Source: Barthelona sp. PCE
Taxonomy: Eukaryota
Assembly: GCA_040285745.1 (NCBI GenBank)
Contig: JAUFOR010000002.1
Coordinates: forward strand, 1,054,001 to 1,118,000
DNA: 64,000 nt
Direction of reading: 5' to 3'
Position 1 is the first letter of the stretch. Each line of letters opens with the position of its first letter. A program made the position numbers and the translations under genes. The notes beneath the pieces were generated by a model. It had not been told where the DNA came from and made no database searches. It was given only the letters and a program-made list of their open reading frames with translations. Positions 1 through 9,574 of the stretch are shown in pieces.

Positions 1-1
1 C

Positions 2-73
2 GATGTAGAACCATCTGTTAAAGGTCGCAAACGACGTGCACGTCAGCAAACCATATCTGATTTTTTTGGATAG
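2..73 (+). CDS. 3' end of a gene entering from the left, ending in a PCNA-interacting (PIP) box
   Basis: Frame 2 reads DVEPSVKGRKRRARQQTISDFFG then TAG (71-73). This is a basic patch followed by a C-terminal QxxIxxFF PIP box. Confidence 0.7.
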   Translation, partial: DVEPSVKGRKRRARQQTISDFFG

Positions 74-74
74 A

Positions 75-1640
75 TTAAACACTGAAACGAGTCACAATCT
101 CAACAATTGCGTTCGCAGGGAGCTTAGGTACTGGGATACACTTTATATATGATGCATCAACATTCTCCAACAAAACGTTTGGTTGATGACCGACATAAAA
201 GATTCGAACCTCGACGGCATCACTGAAGCACACCCCCATTGTGCGCATGATACTTTCTGTGTTTGTGAGCGACTGGGCATACTGGTTTTCCGGTTCAACG
301 AGCTTCATTGTTTCAGGACAGAGACCAATCTGTCCACTGATGTAAACATTGTTTTTGGTTTTCACAGCTTGTGCGTACGGCCCAATACACGCAGGGGCCC
401 ACGACGATACACTCTGTACATGTAGAGTGCTCTGTCTATAACCAAAGTGCAGCGTGATTTCGCCAACAGAAGATATACTTTGTTGAACACAAGAACGACA
501 CGGTGGAGGGATGCTAAAAACTGTGGAAAATGCACTATTTAGCACAGAAAAGTCAGATAAATCGCGCAATTCAACTTCAACATAAGCAATCAAATGTTGG
601 AATTGGTCGAAACATTGCAAGAAAGTTAAGGCGTCTGTTCCCACATCATGCAACGTGGCCGTTGTGCGGACTCCATCCAGCTCTCCATACTCATCGGGTA
701 CATCAAAACCTGCTTTTGGACGATCACGCAAGGTGTACAGTTTCTCGATGATTTCAGAATTTTCAATCAGTGTTTCTTCATGGAAAAACTGCATATCTGG
801 CCCAGGGATCCGTTCTGTATTTGTTCCAACACCAGAATACGCGAAATTGATTTTTATCTGTGTGGTATCTTCACCAGCACCGGAGTAAAAATCGTTGGGG
901 ATCAGATTAAACTCAGCTTTGTTCATCAGAAGGTGGGCGACCGGGGCCCATTCGTCGTCTGAAACAACGTCCACGCTACATTTTGTGATTTCAATCGACT
1001 TAGAAAACAAATTGCTGCTCACACATGTTGTTTCGTATTCTCCTCCTTCACCGCTTATGTGCATTCCACAGTCGCGAGACGCCTTTTGAAGGCGGGGGAA
1101 TAACTCTAGTAGGGATTTACCAAGCATATTGGGTGCCAACCCCCAGCTCGCAACTTTAACTAGTATTGATCTTTGGTGACACGCAAACATGTCCCTTAGC
1201 AGCTGCTCTTGATCATATTCCCACAAATAGGCGAGGGAAACGTACTGTAAACGGGAACACACGTTCTCAACACGAAGACGCTGATAATTACTTAGGACTG
1301 CTCCAGCTGCAACAGCATTCACAGAAGGATGCTGTTGTTTTACCTTTGCTAACAGGGCGTATAGCTCCTCCACCTCATCATCTGCGGTGGGTTGGTAGTA
1401 CTGTGTTGTGTTCTTGGTGATTGCATTGAATTTATGCTTGATTAACGGAATTTGCATTGATGCTGCAATGTATTCAACGTTTTTGGATGCCACGGTCTGG
1501 AAGCAGTGTGAATTAAGCTCCTCTTCTGTTGAGTCTGGTATGAGAGTAGCTAAAGCAACAATTTGATGCCCAAAATCCACACATTTTTGCAAACTGAATA
1601 TGGAGTCCTTGCCACCTGAAATCAGCCCAACAACTTTCAT
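75..1640 (-). CDS. DPH6: Diphthine--ammonia ligase with C-terminal RidA/YjgF-like domains
   Basis: Motifs MKVVGLISGGKDS, SNYQRLRVENVCSRL and GEGGEYET. The tail has LHVQSVSSWAPACIGPYAQA and ISGQIGL (YjgF-like), as in fungal and plant Dph6. Confidence 0.93.
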   Translation of the reverse strand: MKVVGLISGGKDSIFSLQKCVDFGHQIVALATLIPDSTEEELNSHCFQTVASKNVEYIAASMQIPLIKHKFNAITKNTTQYYQPTADDEVEELYALLAKVKQQHPSVNAVAAGAVLSNYQRLRVENVCSRLQYVSLAYLWEYDQEQLLRDMFACHQRSILVKVASWGLAPNMLGKSLLELFPRLQKASRDCGMHISGEGGEYETTCVSSNLFSKSIEITKCSVDVVSDDEWAPVAHLLMNKAEFNLIPNDFYSGAGEDTTQIKINFAYSGVGTNTERIPGPDMQFFHEETLIENSEIIEKLYTLRDRPKAGFDVPDEYGELDGVRTTATLHDVGTDALTFLQCFDQFQHLIAYVEVELRDLSDFSVLNSAFSTVFSIPPPCRSCVQQSISSVGEITLHFGYRQSTLHVQSVSSWAPACIGPYAQAVKTKNNVYISGQIGLCPETMKLVEPENQYAQSLTNTESIMRTMGVCFSDAVEVRIFYVGHQPNVLLENVDASYIKCIPVPKLPANAIVEIVTRFSV

Positions 1641-1713
1641 GTAAAAACGAAGATGTAAAAGGTAGTGTTGTGTAAAAGAAAAGAAATCTCTTTCCTGTCG
1701 TCATTCAATTACT

Positions 1714-2379
1714 ATGGGCATTTTTGGTAATATAAAGGGGGCCATTGCGAGTAACCTGAAGCATGCGCGAAACCAAGCGCTTAAATTAACAAATCAGTTA
1801 GAAGAAATTAAGGAAGCTTCCGAATTCGTTGCTCTTTTACATGAAGGAGACAAGCTAATCAATTTATCGGGTTCCATAGTCAAGACCATGATGAATATAT
1901 ATAATTTAAGAAGACAAGAGGCACAAGCGCTGAAGGAACTGTCTGAAATTTTCGGTAGTTCACGTTCTGATACTAATTCAGAGGCCATAAACCGCATTGA
2001 GTTCTTCAGTTTACAGGAGCATTCGACATACATGGTCTATTTGAATGAGAAACTAAATAGCGTATTCATGGATCTGGAAATTTTCGTTAAGAAAGATTCT
2101 GTCACTCATGCTACTTTGCAAAAGAACTATAGAACAGCCAAGCGCGACTACGAATTCGTCCTGGTTGATCAAAGAGATAATCCTGTGTTGTATACCGAAG
2201 AAAATTCAACAATACTAGGTGAGAAAGAGAACGATTATCTTCAACATGCTAGACTATATGGTGAGTTTATTGAGGAGTTTATTAACCAATTCAATGAAAC
2301 TTTCATTCCTCTTGTGGAAAAATTGTTTGCCATTGATAAAGAAATGTATTTTGACTTGCACCATACGCTTGCATCTTAA
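1714..2379 (+). CDS. Helical coiled-coil protein, possibly a BAR domain; the 3' end may be alternatively spliced (see findings)
   Basis: 221 aa, all-helical amphipathic pattern. YRTAKRDYE and FIPLVEKLF resemble BAR helices 2-3. Confidence 0.55.
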   Translation: MGIFGNIKGAIASNLKHARNQALKLTNQLEEIKEASEFVALLHEGDKLINLSGSIVKTMMNIYNLRRQEAQALKELSEIFGSSRSDTNSEAINRIEFFSLQEHSTYMVYLNEKLNSVFMDLEIFVKKDSVTHATLQKNYRTAKRDYEFVLVDQRDNPVLYTEENSTILGEKENDYLQHARLYGEFIEEFINQFNETFIPLVEKLFAIDKEMYFDLHHTLAS

Positions 2380-2690
2380 TCTGATCCAGAATTTACTAAC
2401 CATTAATCATCTTCGAGCCATGTCAGCTGTACAGTATTCCACAAAGGATTTTAATTGTACAGAAAAAGAACAGAAGCTGCACTTTTACCATAGTGAAGTT
2501 GTACATGTAAAATGATAATTAAATTGCCCTTCAACACAGCCCCAAGATATTTATACTACTTTTAACTTCAAAGATGAAATAAAAAAAATTGTTCTTGTTG
2601 CATTTCAGTTCTAATGGTTGAGTGTTGTTTGCTATATCATCTTGAGAGACATTCAAAGGAACGCCCATGTGAAAGAGATGTTTAAACCGA

Positions 2691-2703
2691 TTTCACCCTT
2701 TTC
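2691..2703 (+). promoter_or_regulatory. Core-promoter CCCTTTT motif (example upstream of CCDC40)
   Basis: TTTCACCCTTTTC lies 22 nt before ATG 2726. The identical 13-mer precedes WDR75 (minus strand, 34199-34211). Confidence 0.55.
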
Positions 2704-2725
2704 TTATCCATTGCAAGCTTGTACA

Positions 2726-5428
2726 ATGTCAGATATTGAGGGCACAGAATATAACGAAGTTGTAGAGACCGGAAACGCCGCGGAAGACATATTTGCAAGC
2801 ATAGATGATCTAAACATAAGCGAAGGTCACCCATTGATTCCCGTTTTGAATGCTGAGTACGAAAACCAGCTGAAGGAATTCATCAGACAACGTAAAGAGG
2901 AGCTTAAAGAGCGAAGAGACCAACTACGCACAATGGATGATGACTTGGAGAACCATGGTGTTTCTCTTTATACAGCCCAGCAAAACCTCGCCCGAGCACA
3001 GGTCAGTCTCGAGCAGGTGCACACAAACGTGCTCAAAGTAGGTGAAGAAGCAAACGCAATGGAAGACGTTGTGGAGAAGCTCGAAGAGAAGCTTGACAAC
3101 ATCCAAAAGGATTCCAAGTACGCGCACGAGAGCACAATTGACCAGCAAAGAGATCTCGACAGATTACAATTCACTGTTCAGCAAGTTGAGGAGTACAAAC
3201 AGGCTATTATCAATGAGATCAAGCTTACACAGCGTGCTGCAGACAAGACGGAGGAGGAGCTGCGCAACTACGAGGCCGAGAAACAAGAACAGGACTTCCG
3301 TATTGACGGGCTTGAATCTACGAAGAAGGATTATGAGAATATGCTTGCGTTGAAGCAGGCACAGTATGTAGCACAGCAGAAGGAGAGACTGGACTCGCAC
3401 GCAGTTATTGCAGAGGCACGTGGTCAGATCGAGGCAATGCAGGCTGAAAAGAGAGCATTGAACTCTCAGTGGCAGTCATCTCTCATTGGTTTGCAGAGGA
3501 GACATGAGGCCTTGTCCAGCATCAACGAAGCCATCGCCGAGCAGGTCGAGGAGATCCAAGCAGTTGATGCTGAGGCTGACGCCACACTTGAGAACATCCG
3601 CGAGGAGCAAGACAAGTACGCCGACGCAACTTCACGTCTTGATCGCCTCACGATGGAGCGCCAGTCGATCCTGAAGGAGTTCAAGAAGATCAGTGATCTC
3701 AAGGATAAGTGTCTTCTACGCCAGGAGGAGTTTACAAAGAGCATCAATGAGAAAGAGGAGGAGTATAAGGTTGTTGAGAAGCAAAAGAAGCAACTTCAGA
3801 CGGAGTACAACAAGGTTCAGGCCGAGTACGATAAGTTTGTTGTGCTGAACAAGCAGCTTGACCAGGATTACGATGTGTACATGAGCGATGCTGCGACGAT
3901 CAAGTCGGAGATCAGGAACGTTCTGGCTCTAATCCAAGGTATGCAGCAGCGAATATTCACCGAGGAGAGTCGTATCCTCACGGACGAGAACGAGGGTGTC
4001 CGTCTTGATATTGATATTTTCACGTTCAAGAAGGCGCTCGCTGAACTCGAGAAGCACCGTGATCTTAGCATTGCAGAGCTCAAGGAGAAGGAAGAGATTC
4101 TGTCCAAGTTGACCTCTCTTAATAGGTCGAAGGCTGATAACATTGCGAAAAAGCAGTCTCGCGTGCAGCTTCTTGATCGTAAACTCGAGGCTCTGACGAG
4201 CAACGTTGAGGAGGAGAATCTTGGTCCACTTGAAGCACAGATATTTAACTACAAGAAAGAAATTAATCAATTCCACACTGATAACTCAAGCGTCGAGAAG
4301 CAGTGGCTGCGATTCCAGACCGAGTTGGTTTCTATCGTTACCAAGATCGAGGCTGAGGAAGAGATAATTGGTGATGTAAGAAACTCAAACATTGTGTTGC
4401 TGGAGAAGCTCAAGCGTATGGAGGGAGATCACAAGAAGAGCACAGAGAACAGCGACAATATCCGTAAGACTATGAAGACACAGTACGGAACGATGGGTAA
4501 GCTTTCCTCGATCAAGAGCACGAACAATGATGAGATTACAAGTCTTGAGGATGGGTACTTTAACACAGAGAGTAACTGGACTCAAGAACTGAGCGATCTT
4601 ACTGACAGAGCTGAAACAAACACCGAACTTGTTAATTCACTTTCTTACACTGATGAAGATCTGAGTAAGGAGATCATTTCGCTCCAGCGTATTGTACAGT
4701 TCTGGGAGCGCAAACTTGAGATCCTGAAGGAGAAGAAGGAGATGATGGATCCGACAGATGGAGATGGAGAGATCAAGGTTATGCAGAGAGAGCTTCACCG
4801 TATGCGCGTTAAGGTTGCCGGTCTTGATAAGACACTTGCGCAGTTGCAAAAGCAGGCCGTGAGAGCAGTGCAGAAGAGAGCTAACATCCACACATCACAG
4901 ACAGCACGTCGTCTCAAGTCGCGTGCAGCAAGCCGAACAGTGAGTCGAACAAACACAAACAGTCATGTTGTGCCGAGCTTGCGCAACGAGTTGAAGCAGC
5001 TCACGCGTAGCACAACGCAGATACGTCACGAGATCAACCAGTTAACCGAAGAGCGTGAAATTGTCATGGGAAGCATCCAGGAGCTGAGCGAAGAGACTGA
5101 AGCACTCCGTGCTGCAATCAGAGAGCTTGAGGGAGAGATTCAAGATAGTCTCAGGCTCAAGCAGCGTAATTTCGATGTTATTAGTTGGACACAACGATTC
5201 ACCGAGAAGGTGCGCAAGCTTGTCGACGGTAAGCTGACAATTGCGGAGGAGAAGATCCACCAGGCATTCCACAACCTTGTCAACCAGGAGGCGCAGAAGG
5301 AGAAGCTTCTCACAGTAATTCAGCTTATGCTTGAACAGTACGAGCACCCGAGTGTTAAACTTGAACTCGAGGCCATGAAACAGCGTCTGCTTGTCCTGTC
5401 TGAACTGTCCGAGACGTTAAAGAACTAA
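2726..5428 (+). CDS. CCDC40: Axonemal ruler protein CCDC40/FAP172
   Basis: Long coiled coil with GVSLYTAQQNLARAQ, EKQEQDFRID, LGPLEAQI, QWLRFQTELV, FWERKLEILKE and EIKVMQRELHRMRV. The start is placed at ATG 2726, downstream of a CCCTTTT motif. Confidence 0.9.
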   Translation: MSDIEGTEYNEVVETGNAAEDIFASIDDLNISEGHPLIPVLNAEYENQLKEFIRQRKEELKERRDQLRTMDDDLENHGVSLYTAQQNLARAQVSLEQVHTNVLKVGEEANAMEDVVEKLEEKLDNIQKDSKYAHESTIDQQRDLDRLQFTVQQVEEYKQAIINEIKLTQRAADKTEEELRNYEAEKQEQDFRIDGLESTKKDYENMLALKQAQYVAQQKERLDSHAVIAEARGQIEAMQAEKRALNSQWQSSLIGLQRRHEALSSINEAIAEQVEEIQAVDAEADATLENIREEQDKYADATSRLDRLTMERQSILKEFKKISDLKDKCLLRQEEFTKSINEKEEEYKVVEKQKKQLQTEYNKVQAEYDKFVVLNKQLDQDYDVYMSDAATIKSEIRNVLALIQGMQQRIFTEESRILTDENEGVRLDIDIFTFKKALAELEKHRDLSIAELKEKEEILSKLTSLNRSKADNIAKKQSRVQLLDRKLEALTSNVEEENLGPLEAQIFNYKKEINQFHTDNSSVEKQWLRFQTELVSIVTKIEAEEEIIGDVRNSNIVLLEKLKRMEGDHKKSTENSDNIRKTMKTQYGTMGKLSSIKSTNNDEITSLEDGYFNTESNWTQELSDLTDRAETNTELVNSLSYTDEDLSKEIISLQRIVQFWERKLEILKEKKEMMDPTDGDGEIKVMQRELHRMRVKVAGLDKTLAQLQKQAVRAVQKRANIHTSQTARRLKSRAASRTVSRTNTNSHVVPSLRNELKQLTRSTTQIRHEINQLTEEREIVMGSIQELSEETEALRAAIRELEGEIQDSLRLKQRNFDVISWTQRFTEKVRKLVDGKLTIAEEKIHQAFHNLVNQEAQKEKLLTVIQLMLEQYEHPSVKLELEAMKQRLLVLSELSETLKN

Positions 5429-5466
5429 GTCAAACATATGTAAACTGTGGTTTTATTTTTGTTCGT

Positions 5467-6747
5467 TTAAAAATCAAAATCATCGAAGTTTTCTTCTTCT
5501 TCGTCATCATGCACTTTCTCTTCCTCAACCGATGGCTCAACGGCTGGTTCTGGCTCATCTTCATCCAGTATTAGAGGAATTGACAGAGTGACTGTTGCTT
5601 GAACTTTCTTGGGAATTTCGGCAACGGGAGCTTCTTCCTTTATATCTACTTCAATTTCAGTCTTTTGTTCCTTTTGGATGCTCATTTCTGAGTATCTGCG
5701 GCGCATTGCAGCGCTCTCTACATTATCTTCTTCTTCTTTGTTTAAGCTAATATCCAATTTGGTTCCTTCTTCTGTTTTCAATGTCATAAATTCATCCGTT
5801 GATTCCTCTGTCGCGTTAAACACCTTCAGATCCATGTCTTGCTTGACAAATTCACCAAACTTTTTTGTTTTAAATATATACTTTCGTGGAGGGTCCAGAC
5901 AAGGACCATATTTTGGTATCTGAGTAATTGAGTTGATTGGTGGCATACCCCACGGGCTCTTATGCGAGAATCGTGCTGTTTTATCACCCAGTATTGGTAG
6001 TGGAGCATTAATACCTGGTATACAGAGTTTTTTGTAAGCTGGTGGAGGTCCAAACTCCTTCATCTTCTCCAGCCACGGAACAGGGTCCGACTCGGAAACA
6101 CCCAGTGCCTGCTGTAGTGCCTGGGACATATTACCCACTATAAAATCGCCAGTCTTGATTTGACCATGCAACTTTCCAAAAACGTTGAATTTTCCGAATT
6201 TTTGTTTCTGTAAAGTATCCTGAAGTACCTTTGTTGGCGGGGCAGATGCAGCTGTATCCAGATCAATACCTATGTTGGTGATTATTTTTGGAACTGAAAA
6301 AGGCCTCTTGATAAAACGCTTCTTTGATTGCAAGTACGCTCGTTTTGATTTCCAGTGCTGTGGAAGAGGAAAATATCGCCTATGCGCCTTGAGAGCAGCA
6401 TGACCAATGGGTTCATCGCTTGCACAATCAATGTTGTCAAATAGATGTGGTTTTGAAGTCAGTAACTTCATTTCTAGCAGTGTCAGGCGCCTCAGTTTCT
6501 TCTTTTCGTTGGAAGAAAACTCTCTATGTGCTGTTGAATCTTCAACTTCCATCATGTTTTCATCAGTCTTATCCTGATGAACGCCAAATCGTGACGTGAC
6601 CCTCTCCATGGCCGTACTATCATATTCTGGACTGCCTGCCGTGTCTATCACCGGATCCATTGACACGGTATCAATATTCTGCTGAATAATCATGATTGGT
6701 TTCTTAACCTTGATTTTGCTTCCTTTTTTCCGCCTCCTGCTTCCCAT
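5467..6747 (-). CDS. SF3B2: U2 snRNP SF3b subunit 2 (SAP145/Cus1), compact form
   Basis: DUF382-like PLPQHWKSKRAYLQSKK and PSP domain ALQQALGV..PVPWLEKMKEFGPPPAYKKLCIPGINAPLP. Confidence 0.9.
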   Translation of the reverse strand: MGSRRRKKGSKIKVKKPIMIIQQNIDTVSMDPVIDTAGSPEYDSTAMERVTSRFGVHQDKTDENMMEVEDSTAHREFSSNEKKKLRRLTLLEMKLLTSKPHLFDNIDCASDEPIGHAALKAHRRYFPLPQHWKSKRAYLQSKKRFIKRPFSVPKIITNIGIDLDTAASAPPTKVLQDTLQKQKFGKFNVFGKLHGQIKTGDFIVGNMSQALQQALGVSESDPVPWLEKMKEFGPPPAYKKLCIPGINAPLPILGDKTARFSHKSPWGMPPINSITQIPKYGPCLDPPRKYIFKTKKFGEFVKQDMDLKVFNATEESTDEFMTLKTEEGTKLDISLNKEEEDNVESAAMRRRYSEMSIQKEQKTEIEVDIKEEAPVAEIPKKVQATVTLSIPLILDEDEPEPAVEPSVEEEKVHDDEEEENFDDFDF

Positions 6748-6831
6748 TCTGCCTGATTGCGCTAAAAAAAACGCGATAAGAGAAAGAAAATGGTTAACAG
6801 TTCCTTCACTGCCTTATTCAATATAACTTTA

Positions 6832-7914
6832 CTATTGCTTCACACATTCCTGTTCGAAGATATATTCCACTGCTGCGTACAGATCGTCCACAATAATGGT
6901 TGGTGTGCTTCCTTCATCCAACTCCATATCTTCAGTGTAACATCCTGTTCTAACCAGGATTGTGTTCATCCCAGCTGCGTTTCCCCCTCTGATATCACTC
7001 TCTGGGTTGTCGCCAACCATATATAGTCTTTTAGGATCAATATTTCCAATGGCACTTGAGCAGTTCTCATATGCCAACGAACACGGTTTACCCAAACCCT
7101 CCCATTCGAGCGGCTTGTCAGTGTACTGGTTCCATATAGCCTCCACACAACGCATGAAGCTCCCGACCGTCATCCTGTTTTCGCTGTGTGTTCCCTTATA
7201 GTGCAGATCTGGGTTTGCAACGTATAGCTTTACCTTTTGGGGTCCAGAATAGCCATGTTTGTGGACACGGGCGCCGTATACGTCTCCGTCAGTGAGTAAA
7301 ATGTCTACTATGATCTGAATATCAAAAAATTTGGATGTGTCATTAACCATGAAAACTGCTTCAATCTTTTCGCCTGTCTCTTTGATGTTGTAAGGGATAT
7401 CATCAACTGTTCTATCGACTACAGGGTCCAGAGGACATAGATCTGGGTATAAAAGCTTGATATCCTCAGTTGAAATAGCCCTCAGACCATGGTGCTCCGC
7501 TATCTCATAAGGACAACACTCCCCAGTAATGCACGCTACACCATTGAATCCTTGCTCTATTAATAAACGAATGGGAGAGTGACACAAGAAAAGACGTTCT
7601 GGTGCGATTGTATTAAGCCCAGTGATTCTTTTGATCGTGTTGGCCTTATATTCAGGCACACCACGCCCGCTGTTGGTCATCATTATGAGGTTGTTACCCA
7701 ATACAGAATGCAGAAGACTATATGCCTCGTTTGAACGTGCTATTCTCTCATTTCCCTTAACCAAAACACCGTCAAGGTCGAGAATAACGCCGAAATCAGT
7801 GCGATTTATGATGGTAATATCCTGCTGTAGTAAGGAATCAATTTCTTCCTCTTGTTGCTCAAATGTTTTAGCAATTTTGTCAGCTGGTCTCCTTTGCAGT
7901 TTTAAGGAAACCAT
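6832..7914 (-). CDS. HAD-superfamily class IIA hydrolase (HDHD5/CECR5-like)
   Basis: Motifs DLDGVLVKG, MTNSG, ANPDL, GKP and YMVGDNPESDIRGGN. Confidence 0.88.
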   Translation of the reverse strand: MVSLKLQRRPADKIAKTFEQQEEEIDSLLQQDITIINRTDFGVILDLDGVLVKGNERIARSNEAYSLLHSVLGNNLIMMTNSGRGVPEYKANTIKRITGLNTIAPERLFLCHSPIRLLIEQGFNGVACITGECCPYEIAEHHGLRAISTEDIKLLYPDLCPLDPVVDRTVDDIPYNIKETGEKIEAVFMVNDTSKFFDIQIIVDILLTDGDVYGARVHKHGYSGPQKVKLYVANPDLHYKGTHSENRMTVGSFMRCVEAIWNQYTDKPLEWEGLGKPCSLAYENCSSAIGNIDPKRLYMVGDNPESDIRGGNAAGMNTILVRTGCYTEDMELDEGSTPTIIVDDLYAAVEYIFEQECVKQ

Positions 7915-8194
7915 GATGTGTGCTTATAAAAAACCAATGGAAGGAATGAAAATGGAAAGCAGGGAAATTTCGTATTCTTACAGAATATTTTAAGTATAAA
8001 GGCGAATAATGAGGGGATTTTAACATATATAAGCCTAACTGTTACGCAGGGTAAACTAAATGGGATTTTTAAACCTTAATCCAAAGCATATGATTCCAAA
8101 AGCAATAAAAATGAGCTAAACAAACCGTAAAAACCGTAAAAATTCAAAAAAGCTGTTAAAAAATTTTTTATTCCTTTCACAACTGTAATAGTAC

Positions 8195-8650
8195 ATGCCA
8201 GCTTCAGGGGGAGGATTTAGAGGGTCTACTTCAGGAGGTTTTTCGTCCAGTGGAGGATCTAGCGATGTTGCAGGAGCACTTTGTGAATTGTGTTGCGCAA
8301 TTGGTTGCCATGTTTGTATAGATGAGTGTGCAAGAGGAAACTGCGAATGCGACAATTGTGATTGTGATGCATCTAATTTGGGAAATGGACATATGCTAAT
8401 TATTTTCTTGATATTCTTTTTTTTATTGATTCCTGTTGTTATTATTCTTGTAATTAATGTAGAAACCGGGCTGTGGGTCCTATGTGCTTGGCTTGGCTTC
8501 TTAGTCGGATCTATTGTCCTTGTATGTATGAATAACCGTGATTATGATGATACTGAAATTTATGATGTAGGCTACGGAAGCATACCTGATCCCTCACTTC
8601 TCTCTACATCACATCACGGTGGTACCTCTGTTACTGTAACAATTGGTTAA
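8195..8650 (+). CDS. Small membrane protein with a Gly/Ser-rich start, a Cys-rich segment and two TM helices
   Basis: 151 aa ATG-started ORF with CELCCAIGCHVCIDECARGNCECDNCDC followed by two hydrophobic stretches. Confidence 0.7.
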   Translation: MPASGGGFRGSTSGGFSSSGGSSDVAGALCELCCAIGCHVCIDECARGNCECDNCDCDASNLGNGHMLIIFLIFFFLLIPVVIILVINVETGLWVLCAWLGFLVGSIVLVCMNNRDYDDTEIYDVGYGSIPDPSLLSTSHHGGTSVTVTIG

Positions 8651-8754
8651 TATTTAAAATGAAAAGGTGTAAATAGAAGTATAGAAATTTTTTTTGTGCT
8701 TTCAATTTTATTCTCTTTTCATTTTTGATCTTTATAAAACACCATATTCAGAGC

Positions 8755-9174
8755 ATGAAGGGACTTATCTTTACATTATTATGCATCTTTACACTTTCAT
8801 CCTGTCGTACAGATATTAGTGGTACAGGTTGCCAAGTAGGGAAGTACAAACGTACATTTTATTGTTGGACTGAACAGGACACACACATTGGTAATGTTAT
8901 TATAACTTTCAGCGTTGTTCTTTCTTCAGAGATTGATAATGCAGCTGTTTTTGCTTTAGTTAACGGGACTAGCAGTCATGAGGATTATGGGAGTGCGTCT
9001 TCATCGTTCAGCCACGGACAGAACATTGACCGCTTGCGTCTTCAAATGCGCACCCCACATTTGACGGCTACAGTTGGCATAAAGGACGGTAAGTGGAGTG
9101 GAAACCATTTCTCTGGATCTCCTTGGTTTGTTCTGAACGGTGACAGCCACTATTTTGGTAACGTTGACTTTTAA
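8755..9174 (+). CDS. Small secreted protein of unknown function
   Basis: The first ATG gives the signal peptide MKGLIFTLLCIFTLSS, followed by a beta-rich 120 aa body. Confidence 0.7.
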   Translation: MKGLIFTLLCIFTLSSCRTDISGTGCQVGKYKRTFYCWTEQDTHIGNVIITFSVVLSSEIDNAAVFALVNGTSSHEDYGSASSSFSHGQNIDRLRLQMRTPHLTATVGIKDGKWSGNHFSGSPWFVLNGDSHYFGNVDF

Positions 9175-9311
9175 TAATGGAAACATAAGTGATGGTTATC
9201 ATGTGTGTGTTTTTTTATTACGTCTCTCATCAGCATTTATGTGGGTGGAAAGCTGTTTGGGATAATTTATTTTCAGTAATAAAACGTTTTTGTTTATCTA
9301 ACTTTTTTACA

Positions 9312-9542
9312 ATGTCAAGGATAAGTTTAAAGCCAATTGTGGAGTATATGCACTCGCAGGTCGAGGTGGAGTTGACCAACGGGCAACGGATTTCTGGAAT
9401 TTTGAAGGGGTACGATGATTTCACAAATTTAACCCTTTTCCATGCACATGAGATATTAACACAACAAGAAGGAGGTGTGATCCCGCTGGGTAACATGCTT
9501 CTCAGGGGTAATCAGATTGTATGGATCGAACGACAAACATAG
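9312..9542 (+). CDS. Sm/LSm family protein (SmG- or LSm8-like)
   Basis: Sm1 motif VEVELTNGQRISGILKGYDDFTNLTL and Sm2 motif LGNMLLRGNQIVWI. 76 aa from ATG 9312. Confidence 0.9.
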   Translation: MSRISLKPIVEYMHSQVEVELTNGQRISGILKGYDDFTNLTLFHAHEILTQQEGGVIPLGNMLLRGNQIVWIERQT

Positions 9543-9574
9543 CTGTTTTATTTGTATATATTAACAATAAATAT

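Noticed and set aside
2924-5347. Many 60-115 aa minus-strand ORFs
   Set aside because: They are shadows of the GC3-rich CCDC40 coiled-coil sequence.
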